Origin: Eledone cirrhosa
Lineage: Eukaryota
DNA length: 64,000 nucleotides
Assembly (NCBI GenBank): GCA_964016885.1
Contig: OZ024752.1
Span: forward strand, 42,222,001-42,286,000
Direction: 5' to 3'
Position numbers and translations under genes: made by a program. The notes below the pieces were generated by a model that did not search any database, had not been told where the DNA came from, and saw only the letters and a list, made by a program, of their open reading frames with translations. Below, one piece after another: positions 1-15,814 of the stretch (within the stretch, counting starts at the first letter, position 1; every line of letters begins with the position of its first letter).

Positions 1-93
1 ACACACACACACACACACACACGCGCGAAGAAATGCATCTTGCCATGCGTAGCAAATTCATGCATTTGCAGTGACTCTTTCACTCCATGTGTG

Positions 94-135
<42 letters not shown>

Positions 136-168
136 CATACATGCGGCTAATATATATATATATATATG

Positions 169-201
<33 letters not shown>

Positions 202-208
202 ACACATG

Positions 209-241
<33 letters not shown>

Positions 242-285
242 GCATATACATATATATATATATATACATACATACATGCAGCTAG

Positions 286-321
<36 letters not shown>

Positions 322-375
322 TATACATATATATACATATATATATATACATACATACATACATACATGCAGCTA

Positions 376-414
<39 letters not shown>

Positions 415-466
415 TATACATATATATATATATACATATATATACATACATGCAGCTAGTATATAT

Positions 467-509
<43 letters not shown>

Positions 510-938
510 CTTATATATATATATACACTTATAATGCACGATCCCTTTTTGTTCAAGAAAACATCAATCTGTGGAATTTTAATCCTATCAGCCATGTTTC
601 TATATTCTTTGCTAAAAACAACTACAAAAACCGACTTCACACGAGACAAACCTTATAATGTTTTTTTCTGTTGCGATCTACTTAGAAAAAACCTAAGTAA
701 ATATGAACCGAGGCCAACCATTACGATGTGATATGCACCATGATACATTTTCTGTATTTTTATATTTACCCTTATATATATATGTGTGTGTGTGTCTGTG
801 TGTGTGTATGTCTGTGTATATATGTGTGTGTGATTGTATGTATATGTGTGTGTGTGTGTATGTATGTGTGTGTGTGTGTATGTAAATATGTGTGCTTGTA
901 TGTATATATAGATGTGTGTATGTATGTATATATAGATG

Positions 939-969
<31 letters not shown>

Positions 970-1072
970 GCATGTGAGTGTGTGTATATATATATAGATG
1001 TGTGTGTGTATATATATATAGATGTGTGTGTGTATATATATATGTATGTGAGTGTGTGTATATATATATAGA

Positions 1073-1105
<33 letters not shown>

Positions 1106-1354
1106 ATGTAGAGATATGTATGTATGTAAGTATATATATGCGTGTGTGTGTGTGTGTATATATACTAGTGTGTATGTGTGTGTGTGTATGTATAAATATA
1201 TATATATATTTATTAATATATATATATATTTAATATATTTAATATGTATATTTAATATATTTAATAAATATTTGCTCTACGGTTCTTATATATTTGATAT
1301 ATATTTATCCTTATCGAGCCCTCTTTGGATTTTAGTCTTCAAATTTATTATTAT

Positions 1355-1408
<54 letters not shown>

Positions 1409-1828
1409 TAAAACATGTCTATAGAATCACAAGATAAAATATATACCATTTCCTCTCCCAATTAGCGTAATTAACTATATAAAAAATCGAATAGACGAGG
1501 CTATAAGAATGAGGCTTCTATGAAGAAATCTCCAACAACTAACCGAAACTAGCCCTTCGCGTCGGCCGCAACGGAATATTTATCGAATATATATATATAT
1601 AAAATATTTAAATTATTTTGTTTGACCTGTTTGGCTTGCCTCGTGTTTTTGGCTTAGGTGGTTGATGGCTTCTTAACCGCCATCTCAGTTTGTTTGGCCT
1701 TTATAACCTATGTTTATTGCTCTGGTCTTTATTTGGTCGATGGAGCGCTTACCAACATAACTCGGATATTGCGTTTCGCTTCGTTTTCGACCATACCCGA
1801 AATACGAATCACGCTGAAATTATATTTG

Positions 1829-1881
<53 letters not shown>

Positions 1882-1924
1882 ATGTGTGTGTACCACTATA
1901 TTGAAGAAACACGATCGACTGTCG

Positions 1925-1971
<47 letters not shown>

Positions 1972-4403
1972 GGTGTTTGTATGAGTGTGTGTATATATGT
2001 ATGTATATGTATGTATATGTTTGTGTGTGTGCGTGCGTGTGTTTGTATATGCGTGAGCTTCTTTGGGTGTGTGTGTATGTTGGCCTACATCTTAAATATT
2101 CAATTAATAATCTACCGGGTACACCTCACCCACCACCACCCCACCACCAAACACCACCACCTCACCCCCATCTCACTCACCACCATCTCACCAACCACCA
2201 CCACCTCACCAACCACCCACCACCACCACCACCACCACCACACTAAATTATCTCCATTGCAATTCTTCAAACGCGACAAAACCAATTAACATCAACCCAA
2301 TTCTTGGGAAGATGGAAGAATTCGCTGAAGGTGGCTATCTAAAGCAATGGCTCCCAAAGTCGGTTTCACAACCGAGTGACTGGGATTCCGTGGAAAAAGT
2401 CTAGAGGAGTATATTTATATTACAGCCACTCGCGCATGACTTCGTGGTTAGAGCAATTGGGCTTGCAATCGAAAGGTTGTGAGTTCAATTCTCGGACCGG
2501 GTGATGTGTTGTTTCCTTGAGCAAGACACTTGATTTCACATTGCTCCAGTTTACTCAGCTGCAGAAATGAGATGATAGGGACTGGGGTTCCTATCATTAA
2601 AATTACCCAAGACACCTCCAACGAGATATACCTTGGAGGAGGCCAGCTAAACCTGCATAGGTGTGAACTGCCATACACACTCTAGCAGAAAAATCACCGT
2701 TGGGGGGTGGTTTTTCTGCTAGCATGTTAAGTGTACATGTTGATATTATACGCAAATATATATTTATGTAGATATGATATGTCAAATAATATCGTAATTG
2801 AGAATATGTACAGAAATTGGAGAGAGACTGTGTTACACTGTCTTCTGTAATCAGCAAAGTAATCCCTGATACATTAAAAAAAAAAGACGATGTTATATAT
2901 AAACGTTATATAACGATGCAAATATATGAACGTTTATATAAGCGGTATAATATAGAGGCCATTATATCATAACCGGAAGTATTGACATTTGAAAATTTTA
3001 AAAGAAGTGAATCGTGAAATAAACAATAAAATTATTTATATTTAATCAAGAGTTACGAAATTATGTATATAAATTATGTAATATTCATTCATTATTTGTT
3101 CAAATCCCGCCGAGGTTAACTTTACCTTTCATCCTTACGGGGTCGATAAAATAAAGTACCAGTAATGCACTGGAATAATTGCTGGCCTTGTGCCAAAAGT
3201 AGAAACAATTATTTATTCAAAGTAATCCAACTTATTTTACATATATATTCAGGAAGCAGTCCCGCACTCCTCCCTTTATTATATTATGATATAACGTTTG
3301 AAAAGGTTTCGGAAACCCTGATCTAATAAATCCTTAAAGATTTCAACACATTTAGCCCTTTTGATACTACCAAACCGTCAGAACTGCCCCCACTCTGGTT
3401 CTGTGATCCAAAGCTGTATATTTTCAAGTGTTTATGTTTATCTTAAAAAGTAACAATCATAATTTTATGCAAGAACTTTTGTGGGAACACTTTTTTCATG
3501 GTACTTTGGGGTGGGTGAGAGATGTCTTCTCTTGTGAAAATGGGTATAGCTTTCATTATGTAAAATCTCCCCATTTTGCCTCGTTTCTCCCCGTTTTGTG
3601 GCACTTTTTTTCATGGTACTTTGCAGCAAAGAGTTACGGCCCTTGCCATTCTGAGTTCAAGTCCCGCCGAGGTTGACTTTGCCTTTCATCCTTACGGGGT
3701 CGATAAAATAAAGTACCAGTAATGTACTGGGATAATTGCTGGCCAGAAACAATTCTGTAAACTCTCCCCATTTTGCCTCATTTATCTCCGTTTGGGGACA
3801 CTCTTTTTCATGGTACTCCCCGTTTGGGTTTTAGAGGTTGGCAGGTCTGTATATAAGGTTCATATAAGACCTTTATTTTGATTTACGCTTACTGTGCGAT
3901 TTAATAAATACCAGTAATTCAATGAGAGAGTTTATTAAAAAAAAAAAACCAAACCCCAAGAAACTATAACCTCTTCCAGCTAAAATAGTTAACTTTGTTT
4001 CGTCGAAAATAAATAAATACTGGACGATTTTATAACATTTTAATTCGATAATTCTCTAAGTTGATTATCTTTGGAAGAGTTATTCAATCATATTTTATAA
4101 GTCTAACATCTCCACTTGCCGGATAAAATAAGAAAATTTTTACGGATTTCCAAATTACCCCACCCCTCCCTCTTTTCCCTTCCTACCCTTTCACCGTGTT
4201 CTTGTTTTTTACTATATCAGGTGTTGTTGTTGTTGTTGTTGTTGCTGCTTTTTTATATTGGAGCAAAAATAAAAACAAAAAAAAATTTAAGAAGACCGCC
4301 ATTTTGATTTACTTATCGAATTAAAATTATTTTGTTTGATGCAGTTCTTTTTTTTTTTTTCCTCCGTCTTTATTTTCCTTTCCTTTGGGGCTTTACAGTA
4401 CAT

Positions 4404-6323
4404 TGTGGTGGTGGTGGTGGTGATGAAGGGAGATGGTGGTGATGGTAGTGGTGGTGGTGGTGGTGGTGGTGGTGGTAGTAGTGGTGGTGGTGATGTTGGT
4501 GGTGGTGATGGTAGTAGTGGCGGTGGTGGTGGTGGTGAAGGGAGATGGTGGTGGTGGTGATGTTGGTGGTGGTGATGGTAGTAGTGAAGGGAGAAGGTGG
4601 TGATGTTGGTGGTGGTGGTGGTGGTAGTGAAGGGAGAAGGTGGTGATGTTGGCGGTGGTGGTGGTGGGAGATCGTGGGGGAGATGATGATGATGATGATG
4701 ATGGTAGTGGTTGTGGTGAAGGGAGATGGTGGTGGGAGATGGTGGGGTGGGTGGGGGGGGGAGATGGGTGACGATGATGATGGTTGTGGTGGTGGTGGTG
4801 GGAGATGATGGTGGCGGTTGTGGTGGTGGTGGTGTTGAACGGAGATGGTGGTGGGAGATGGTGGGGGGAGATGGTAGAGGTGATAAGAGATGATGTGATG
4901 ATGATGGTGGTGGTGGTTGGGAGACGATGTGATGATGGTGGTGGTGATGGTGGGGTAGCGGTGGTGAAGGGAGATGATGGTGGTGGTGATGGTGGGGTAG
5001 CGGTGGTGAAGGGAGATGATGGTGGTAGTGGTAGTGGAAGATAGTGGTGGTGGTGGTCGTTGTTATGGGGGAGGTTGATGGTGGTGAAGGTGATCGGTGA
5101 ATCAAATGCAGTAATTTATCTCCCTTTACTCTCTCTCTTGTTTTTAGTTTTTTGGATTGAAAAAGAAATATTTTGTATTAGTATGTTGTTGTTGTTGTTG
5201 TTGTTTTATTTTTGCTTAAGTTATGTCTATACACCAACACTAATACTACCACCACCACCACCAACAAGAACACTAATACCACTACCACCACCACAACCAA
5301 CAAGAACACTAATACCACTACCAACACCATCAACAATAACACTACCACCACCACCACCACCACCACCATCAACAATAACACTACTACCACCACCAAGAAC
5401 AACAACAACGACAATGATACTACTACCACCACCACCAACAACAACACTGCTACCACCTCCATCACCACCACCACCACCACCACCACCATCACTACCATCA
5501 CCACCACTACCACCACCACCACCACCACTACCACCACCACCACTACCACTACCACCACTACCACCACCACCACCACTACCACTACCACCACTACCACCAC
5601 CACCACCACTACCACTACCACTACCGCTACCACCACCACCACTACCACTACCACCACTACCACCACCACCACCACTACCACTACCACTACCGCTACCACC
5701 ACTACCACTACCACCACCACCACCACCACTACCACTACCACTACCGCTACCACCACTACCACTACCACCACCACCACCACCACCACTACCACTACCGCTA
5801 CCACCACTACCACTACCGCTACCACCACTACCACTACCACCACCACCACCACTACCACTACCACTACCGCTACCACCACTACCACTACCGCTACCACCAC
5901 TACCACCACCACCACTACCACTACCGCTACCACCACTACCACTACCACCACCACCACCACCACTACCACTACCACCACTACCACCACCACCACTACCACC
6001 ACCACCACCACTACCACCACTACCACCACCACCACCACCACTACCACTACCACCACTACCACCACCACCACTACCACTACCACCACTACCACCACCACCA
6101 CTACCGCCACCACCACCGCTACCACCACCACCACTACCACCACCACTACCACCACTACCACTACCACCACCACTACCACCACCACCACCACCACCACCAC
6201 TACCACCACCACCACCACCACCACCACTACCACTACCGCTACTACATCCGTCTATGACACTTAAAACAAAGCGGTATTACAGTAGAATGAAATACAATAC
6301 CTTTTTCGCCTTCAGTGGGAATT

Positions 6324-6372
<49 letters not shown>

Positions 6373-6383
6373 CATATACAGAC

Positions 6384-6416
<33 letters not shown>

Positions 6417-6916
6417 GAGACACATATACAGACACATATACAGACACATATACAGACATATATACAGACACATATACAGACAGACAGACAGACAGACAAA
6501 CAGAGAGACACATATACAGACACATATACAGACACATATACAGACACATATACAGACAGACAGACAGACAGACACACAAACAGACACACAGGCAGACAGG
6601 CAGACACACAGGCATACATACAGGTACACAGGCAGACAGATGGATGAATGAATAGATAGGTAGATCGATAGATATAGGAAGACAGGTAGATATAGATAGG
6701 TAGATATAGATAGATAGATGGAGATAGATAGACTGAGATCTGGATGAATAGATAGATAGACAGCCAGACAGACAGACAGATGCATAAACATACTGATAGA
6801 TATATCGATAGATGGATCGAGAGATGGATGGATAGACATGTATATAGATAGATAGGTAGATAGATAGGTAGGTAGATAGGTAGATAGGTAGATAGATAGA
6901 TAGATAAATAGATAGG

Positions 6917-6951
<35 letters not shown>

Positions 6952-8312
6952 ATAGATAGGTAGGTAGGTAGATAGATAGATTGACAGACAAACAGACATG
7001 ATTAGATAGTCAGAAAGAAATACAACAGTTAATAAGCCTGCAAATATCCTTGAAAAAAAACAAACATATAACCATAAACAAAATGGCGTCCTTCATTCTG
7101 AAGTTTTGCGAACAAAGATTTCGTTTCGTTTTCCTTTTTTTTTTGTTGCTTCCGGTGATTATAATCTACCGTAAAATGGTAAAAATAAGTAGGTACTTGC
7201 ATTAATAAATATAGTAATAGATAATGATGGTGGTGGTGGTGGTGGTGTTGGTGATGATGGTGGTAGTGGTGGTGGTGGTGGTGGTGGTGGTGGTGGTGGT
7301 GGTGGTGGTGGTGGTGATAGTGGTAGTGGCGGTGGTGGTGATGGTGATGGTGGTGGTGGTTGTGATGGTCGTGGTGGTGGTGGTGGTAGTGGCGGTGGTG
7401 GTGATGATGATGGTGGTGGTGTTTGTGATGGTGGTGGTGATGGTGGTAGTGGCGGTGGTGGTGGTAGTGGCGGTGGTGATGGTGATGATGGTGGTGGTGT
7501 TTGTGATGGTGGTGGTGGTGGTGGTGGTGTTTGTGATGGTCGTGGCGATGGTGGTGGTGGTGGTGGTGGTGGTGTTTGTGATGGTCGTGGCGATGGTGGT
7601 GGTGGTGATGGTGGTGGTGGTGGTGGTTGTGATGGTGGTGGTGGTAGTGGCGATGGTGGTGGTGGTGGTGGTGGTTGTGATGGTCGTGGTGGTGGTGGTA
7701 GTGGCGGTGGTGGTGATGATGATGGTGGTGGTGTTTGTGATGGTGGTGGTGATGGTGGTAGTGGCGGTGGTGGTGGTGGTGGTAGTGGCGGTGGTGATGG
7801 TGATGGTGGTGGTGTTTGTGATGGTGGTGGTGGTGTTTGTGATGGTCGTGGTGATGGTGGTGGTGATGATGATGGTGGTGGTGTTTGTGATGATCGTGGT
7901 GATGGTGGTGGTGATGATGATGGTGGTGGTGTTTGTGATGGTCGTGGTAGTGGCGGTGGTGATGATGGTGGTGGTGGTGGTGTTGGTGATGGTGAAGTTG
8001 GGGACGACGACGACGATGATTAGTATGATGATGATGATGGATACGATAATAGTGATGATGATGACAATAATGGTGTTGATGACGACAGTGTTTTATGGTG
8101 ATGGTGATGATGATGGTGATGATAATGATGATGATAATTATGATGATAATTATGATGGTGATGGTGACGACAGTGTTTTATGGTGATGGTGATGGTGATA
8201 ATTATGATGATAATTATGATGGTGATGATTATGATGATAATTATGATGGTGATGATTATGATGGTGATAATGATGATGATGATAATGATGGTGCTAATGA
8301 TGATGGTGATGA
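4404..8312. repeat. Block of degenerate microsatellites: (GGT/GAT)n 4404-5095, (ACC/ACT)n 5235-6245, (AGAC/AGAT)n 6325-6995, (GGT/GAT)n 7224-8312
   Basis: Direct inspection. This block explains the poly-P, poly-T and poly-V ORFs. Confidence 0.95.
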
Positions 8313-8491
8313 TTTAGGCTGATAATTACTGCAATTATTAACAATCTACAAAAGAAATATTGAAAAAATGTTTTTCCTTTCACACAAATATAATTAAAGG
8401 ATGAAGAAAAAAATGTGAATTTCTAATGAATTTAATCAATTTCTATATTTTATAACATCTCTCTCTCTCTCTCTCTCTCTCTGGTTCTCTC

Positions 8492-8543
<52 letters not shown>

Positions 8544-8564
8544 CCCCGGCTCTCTCTCTCTCTG

Positions 8565-8611
<47 letters not shown>

Positions 8612-8883
8612 TATCTTTATATCTATCTTCCCCGACTGTCACTCTCTCTCTACCCCCTCACTCTCTCACCCCCCCCATTCTCTCTCACTCTCTCTTTCTC
8701 TCTCTCAGCGTACCTACACAACACACCATTCTACACACTATTTTCACCTGCAGCTATATAATTGTCTTCATGTTTTAAATGTTTATTCAAGTCTCAAGAG
8801 AAACAATACTAACTTAATTGTCATCTTTCTCTTCCCTTTCTAGGCATTTATTTACTATTGTTGTTGTTGTTGTTGCTGTTGTT

Positions 8884-9673
8884 AGGGTGGTAGCTTGACA
8901 GAATCGGTAAAGCGTCAGACAAAAAGCTTTGCGGCATTTGAGTTCAAATCGTTCTGAGTTCAAATCCTGCCGAGGTTAGCTTTACCATTCATCCCTTGCG
9001 GGGTTTGATAAAAAATGTACCAATCTAGTACTGGAGTCCATTCTCCATCTTAGAGCGATCGCTTGGCAATATCGGTAGAGCGTCGGACAATATGCTTTGT
9101 GGCATAAAGTTACGGCCATTTACGTTCTGAGTTCAAATCCTACCGAGGTTAGCTTTACCTTTCATCCTTACGGGGTCGATAAAATAAAGTACCAGTAATT
9201 GTACTGGGTAATTGCTGGCCTTGTGCCTAAAGTAGAAACCATTATTATTATTATTATGAGGGCAGTGGATTGGCAGTATCGGTAGAGGGTCGGACGCCAT
9301 GCTTTCCAGCATAGTTACGTCCCTTTACGATCTGAGTTCAAATCCCGCCGAGGTTGACTTTGCCTTTCATCCTTACGGGGTCGATAAAATAAAGTACCAG
9401 TAATTGTACACGGGTAATTGCTGGCCTTGTGCCTAAAGTAGAAACAATTATTATGGGGGCAGTAGATTGGCAGATTCGGTAGAGCGTCAGACAAAAGGCT
9501 TTGCGGCATTTGTTCCGACCCTTTACGTTCTGAGCTCAAATCCCGCCGCGGTTAACTTTGCCTTTCATCCTTACGGGGGTTAATAAAATAAAGCACCAGT
9601 AATGCACTGGGGTCGATTTAATCGACTCCCCACCCTCTCCCTAAATTACTGGCTTTGTGCCCATAGTAGAAAC

Positions 9674-9680
<7 letters not shown>
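8884..9680 (+). mobile_element. Head-to-tail array of ~4 tRNA-derived SINE copies (family 1)
   Basis: Repeated unit tggcagtatcggtagag(A box)...gagttcaaatcc(B box)cgccgaggttaactttgcctttcatccttacggggtcgataaaataaagtaccagt...aattgctggccttgtgcctaaagtagaaac(att)n. Confidence 0.85.
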
Positions 9681-9706
<26 letters not shown>

Positions 9707-9856
9707 GTACCTCTGAAGGAATCTATGCATGCTGAACTTTTGGTATGGCAGTATATTTGTTGTTACTTCCTCTTCAATGCACTGTTTCACATATATAGGC
9801 ATGGATGGGTATATATTTGTGCATGCATACACATATGTACTTACACTTATATATAT

Positions 9857-9899
<43 letters not shown>

Positions 9900-9997
9900 C
9901 ACTTATATATATATACATATATATATATACACACATATGTACTTACACTTATATATACATACATATATATATATATATATATATGTATGTATTTACA

Positions 9998-10040
<43 letters not shown>

Positions 10041-11102
10041 GTACTTACACTTATGTATATATATATATATATACACACACATGTATTTACACTTATATAT
10101 ATATACACACACACATGTACTTACATATGTACTTACACTTATGTATATACATATACACACACACATATACAAACATATATATATATATATATATATAAAA
10201 TCCTCTACACAGATTTTAGTTCTGGGTATGTATACGTATGTAAACTATGCCTTTATTCTCAAGATATGTATAGAACCGTGAAGAAATACACGCATGCGTG
10301 TATACAATTGCATTTTTTAAAGTCACTCATTAATATTATTTTTCCTCCCTCTCCGTATTTTTTTTATTTTCTCGTGAGTGTCTTCAGCTTGACTGCCCGC
10401 TAAGTCTTATTTTATTATCTTCTACATTGTAACTATACTCCAGTTAAATCGTATCATGCTAAGTATATTTGTACTGGCTACAACGTTGAAGGCGCGCGGC
10501 CTAGTGGTTAGAGTGTTTGGTTTGCGTTCTAAACTAAATATGGTGGGTTCGATTCCTGGAGCGGCTGTCGCATTGCTTTCTTAAACAACAACAAAAAAAT
10601 AATAATAAACACTTCACGTTGCTCTAGTCAGCTCAGCGGACAATGAGTACTAATAACAGAACCAGCTCAGGAGATAACACTGAAAAGCACTGGTGTTCTG
10701 TCCAGGGGGAATTCTCCTATTTTTCAGTTGCTAATCTCCAATGAAACCAGTAAAACCTCAGGCCTGATGAGTCTCCGGATTTGCAACAGAATTTCTTTTC
10801 TTTTTGCATCATTCTGAACGGAATTTGGTAAATTATTCTTATATGATAGTTGTAGACCAATTGATTAAGAGGTTCACCTCGCAATAATACAGTCCCAGGT
10901 TCGATTCTGTTGTTTGGCATCTTGGAAACTGATCATTGATCTGTTATCCCGACCAGGTGAACGACAGCAGCCCGAGACAGCAACAGTCTCATATGGAAGA
11001 AGATTTTCAGATACGAAGAAAATAAGGAAGTTAGACGTGGATAGAATTAGATTCATGTAGACTGGTTTACGTTCAAATTAAGTAAATCGATGGTGCAGTT
11101 AC

Positions 11103-11134
<32 letters not shown>

Positions 11135-11978
11135 ACACACACATATATAGGCGAGTGGTTAGAGAATTGGATTCGCAATCGTGAGGTTGTGGGTTCGATT
11201 CCCGAACCGGGCGATGCGTTATGTCCTTGAGCAAGACACTTTATTTCACGTTGCTCCTTCTACCTGGAGTTGCGACCGATAGATAGTATTAGCAATTGGA
11301 AAGACCAATGGAAACATTGTTTCCTCGGTCCGATTTGACGAAAGTCGATCGACTATAATATATATATATATACACATACACACACACACATACATATACA
11401 GAGAGAAAGAAGAAGAAGATTCACGGGAGAGAGAGGAAAAGAAAGTGAGGATGGAAAGTAAGAATCAACCCAGTACTAGACTGGTACTTTATTTCTCGAC
11501 CTCGGAAGGATAAAAGGCAAAGTTGACCTCGGTGAGATTTGAAATCAGAGTGTACTCAGAATACACTATCTGACGTTCTAACGACTCTGCTAAATTAATA
11601 TGTACTTTTATCATATTTTCTCTCCTTCCCTCCCCTCCCTTTCGTCTCACCCCTCTTTCTCTCCTTGTTTCTTCCCCTCTCTTCCCCTCTCTCTCTGTTC
11701 TTCCACCCTCTCTATGTTCTCCCCCCTCTCTCTCTCTCTCTGTTCTCCCCTCTCTCGTTGTCTTCCTGTCTCTTTCTCCTCCCTCTCTCTCTCTCTGTTC
11801 TCCCCTCTCTCGTTGTCTTCTTGTCTCTTTCTCCTCCTCTCCTTGTCTCTCTCTCTCCTTCTCTCTCTCTCTCTCCCTCCTTCTCTCTCTCTCTCCTTCT
11901 CTCTCTCTCTCTCCCTCCTTCTCTCTCTCTCTCCTTCTCTCTCTCTCTCTCATTCTCTCTCATTCTCTCTCATTCTCT

Positions 11979-12036
<58 letters not shown>

Positions 12037-12253
12037 CTCTCTCTCTCTCTCTCTTGAGAATCCAGACACCCACAGCTTTATCTTAAGTGTGTTTTTCTGT
12101 TAATCTAAATCACATCTTTTTCTCGTTCTTCTTTTTCTTCTTCTTCTTGTATTTAATTAATTACTTATTATTTGTATATTTTGTTCTCCTTATAATCAAG
12201 ACTCAAATGACTAATTACGGCTTATCACAGTCAACAACAACACACACACACAC

Positions 12254-12297
<44 letters not shown>

Positions 12298-12639
12298 GGT
12301 GTGTCAGGACAGATCTTTTCTATCAGTAAGTGCCTATTCCATGTTGCAACATCTGGTATTATTCCTACAGTCTCAGATATTCTATAAAATACATGATTAA
12401 TTGTAATTTACCAAACCTTTTGGAAAGCACTACCTTTTTTTTTTTTCAGAAAATATATTTTATCGGCACCCAACCCACCTTCGTAAAACGCCTCCTGATT
12501 AACCATACATTTAATAAATGGTATATATGTGTGCGTGTTTTAAAAAGTATAGTATATATTTACAAGATGCTCCGGTGTAAAGCTTGTTAGTACTATAATA
12601 AGTCTGTCTATACATAAGCAGACTCATTAACTGCTTAAT

Positions 12640-12840
12640 GAGCACAACCACAAGGATATGGTCCGAACGTGGAAGAGCCGAACTCCCACTGTCATCGCCT
12701 CCATCTCTCTCGCCCTCCCCATCTGTCTGTATTGTGAGAGCAAATGGGGTCCCACGTGCTGGCCTCCCCACAGCCCCGACGGACAGAATGGAGAAGGCGT
12801 TTTCCCGGAGGATGGTAAGGGAGATGCGCTGGAGAATTTA
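12640..12840 (-). mobile_element. Degenerate dispersed repeat, probably an RTE C-terminal fragment; related copy with internal duplication at ~15455-15650
   Basis: The two copies share ccgaactcccactgtcatcgcctccatct and aaatggggtcccacg. Minus-strand GRPAR and AREMGAVT are reminiscent of the RTE end. Confidence 0.4.
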
Positions 12841-12927
12841 ATAAATTATACATTGATAATATACCAAAGCACACATGATCCTATGATACAAAACTGTATA
12901 TTTTGAAGTGTCTGTGTTTATCTAAAC

Positions 12928-13218
12928 CAGTCATGGGCAACCTGCGACCCACAAAGCTTTCTGAAGGGCTCGCCTAAGTCACCGAAGTGAAATATTTCTG
13001 ATTTTTTTACCTCAACTTTTCTGTCGTAATTTATCTTTCTATCATTTTTACGATCGAGGAAATCAACTTGTACGAATTCTGAAGAAACAAATCAAAACAA
13101 CCTGAGTTACCGCCCCTTTTTTTTATGTGGGCACGAATGTAAATTAGCGCTTACGGCCCGCCTGATGATGAGCCATATCTCATGCGGCCCGCTTCTCGAA
13201 AAAGGATGCTCGTGCCTG
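12928..13218. mobile_element. hAT (Charlie-like) MITE
   Basis: Termini CAGTCATGGGCAACC and GGATGCTCGTGCCTG, internal GCGGCCCG subterminal motifs, and a degenerate 8-bp TSD ATCTAAAC / ATCCAAAA. Confidence 0.65.
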
Positions 13219-14367
13219 ATCCAAAAGGTATTGAATTTGCAGAGTCATTAGAGAGCATCGGATAAAAAGCTTCGTCATATCCGTTTCGGATCTCTGCGTT
13301 CTCAGTTCACATCTCGTCGGACAAAAAACAAAACCTGTCAAAAGGCGGAAGAACTCATAAGAGTCAACGGCCATCCAAAAAGAAAAATTCTGCCAAATCA
13401 ATGGGTGGCAGTAGATCCAGCTGCACGCATCGAAAGACTGGTGTAGTGGTTCTGAGAACAATCCGGCTTTGCAGATGATCAATGGAAAGACACTCCTACT
13501 CGAGTTAGAAGAAAACTATTGAGCTTCAGGAGAAGCAGCGACACCTGATTGTATTCAGCAACCGAAACAAATATGGAATACACAAATCCAATGCTCCTAG
13601 GGGCGGCCCTGATTCTTCTTATTTGCGAGTGTAAACTCGGCCAGATTAGATTAGATTATAGGTCTTTCCAATGGTGCTTTCTTTTTCTCTATGTTTGACC
13701 AAATATTAAATTCTTTATCATTTTTATGTAATTTTATCATAGGAATATATTTGAGTATTTTGAAATAAAATAATTCTTCCATAAAAAAACAAACCCCTTA
13801 TCTTCCAACTACTTCCTACTTACCCCCTTACATTCCACCAACCCTTACCTTTCAACCACCACCTACCACCTTTGCTTTCAGGCTCCCTCCTACTACCTCC
13901 CCTTATCTCTCCTCTCTTCTTCCTCCCTCCTACCACCACCAACCTTACCTTTCAACTACCACCTACCACCCTTACCTTCCAGCTCCCTCCCACCACATCC
14001 TCTTGTCCTTCAGCGCTCCTCCCCCTCTTGAAACTCTCAGCGCCCTCTCTGGGAATCAGTATGACAAATTATTCATCTTAAGAACCTCATTTATCAATCT
14101 GCTGAGAAGTTGTATCCTGTTAACATTTTTCCTTTGCCATGGAACGTCGTAAAGTGATCTTGTGGGCGAAGTAGGGCCCGGATGGCTTAAAGGGTTCAAA
14201 TCGTAATCACGAGGTTACGGGTTCGATTCTACTGCTTGGAAAGTGTCCTGGGGTCGATCCAGGCCTTGTGCGTGATACTGGGTAGACAGAAACTGTTTGG
14301 AAGCCCACCGGATTGACTGTATTTGTAATCCAAAGGCCCAACCGTATCATACAACCATTATTAATTT

Positions 14368-14925
14368 ATGGCGGTGGATTGGTAGTATCGGTAGAGGGTC
14401 GGACGCCATGCTTTCCAGCATAGTTACGTCCCTTTACGATCTGAGTTCAAATCCCGCCGAGGTTGACTTTGCCTTTCATCCTTACGGGGTCGATAAAATA
14501 AAGTACCAGTAATGTACTGGTTAATTGCTGGCCTTGTGCCTAAAGTAGAAACAATTATTAATTTAATTATTAATTTAATTATTAATTTAATTACAGCCCT
14601 TGCCATTCTAAGTTCAAATCCAGCTGAGGTTAACTTTGCCTTTCATCCTTATGGGTTTGATAAAATAAAGTACCAGTAATACACTGGGTATTTGCTGGCC
14701 TTGTGCCAAAAGTAGAAACAATTATTAATTTATTACGATGGATTGGCAGTATCGGTAGAGGGTCGGATGCTATACTTTGCTGCATAGAGTTACGGCCCTT
14801 TGTGGTCTGAGTTCAAATCCCGCCGAGGTTAACTTTGCCTTTCATCCTTACGGGGTCGATAAATTAAAGTACCAGTAATACACTGGGATAATTGCTGGCC
14901 TTGGGTCAAAAGTAGAAACAATTAA
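14368..14925 (+). mobile_element. Tandem array of 3 family-1 SINE copies
   Basis: Same A/B-box head, central gcctttcatccttacggggtcgataaa domain and tail as at 8884-9680. Confidence 0.85.
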
Positions 14926-15814
14926 TTTAATTTAATTATTACATTTATACTGTAAGGCGCATGGCTTAGTGGTTAGAGCATTGGGTTTGCAATCGTAAGG
15001 TTGTGAGTTCGATTCTCAGACCGGGTGATGTGCTGTGTCCTTGAGCAGTTTATTTCACGGCTGCTATGTTGGTCTAAAATTATTTATTTCGAAATACAAA
15101 ATACATAAACGAAAGAAAATAACATACACAATATGTTCCACAGAATCTTTATTTGTTTATATAAACAGTTTGACTAAGTGTCGTGTTACATAAAGTTTCA
15201 CAGGAATGAGAAAATACGCACCTGCTTGTTCGAATGATGAGCGAGAAGAATTTCCCGGCTTCTGAATAACGTTGAACGCCATTGAATGAAGGTTTATCCT
15301 TGCTGGCTTATTCGGACCACGTGGTTGGATTAGTGGCTGCCAACTACTGCTTGATAAGTCAACCCACAGCCATAGCTTAACATGAATGAATGAGCTTTGT
15401 AGTTATAGAAATTAATATGTCTATATGATAAGACAGTAAGCATGTACATACACGTACACCAGGTCCAAACACAGAGGAGCCAAACTCCCACTGTCACCGC
15501 CCCCATCTCTCTCGCCCTCCCCATCTCACACACGTAAACCAGGTCAAAACACAGAGGAACCGAACTCCCACTGTCATCGCCTCCATCTTTCACTATTATG
15601 AACAAATGGGGTCCCACGCACTGGCTACCCCTCGGCCCCGGAGGACAACTTTTGACTGCTGTTAAATAAATTGGTGTTTACCGACTTCTATGAAGTAGGA
15701 ACTTCAGTATGATGAGCAGAAGTAATTTCCTTTCTATTTAGGAAGTCTTGTATTAACAAGGGTGTCTGTAAAGTTTACATAAGTATCAATAAAAAAACTA
15801 TTGAAATGAACTTT

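Noticed and set aside
5060-6325. 421-aa proline-rich 'extensin/formin-like' ORF with hydrophobic N-terminus, plus overlapping poly-T and poly-V ORFs
   Set aside because: It is a (ACC/ACT)n tract open in several frames, and the apparent signal peptide comes from a (TTG)n run.
8884-9680. Cluster of tRNA genes (A/B boxes)
   Set aside because: No cloverleaf can be formed, and each head is followed by the same SINE body and tail.
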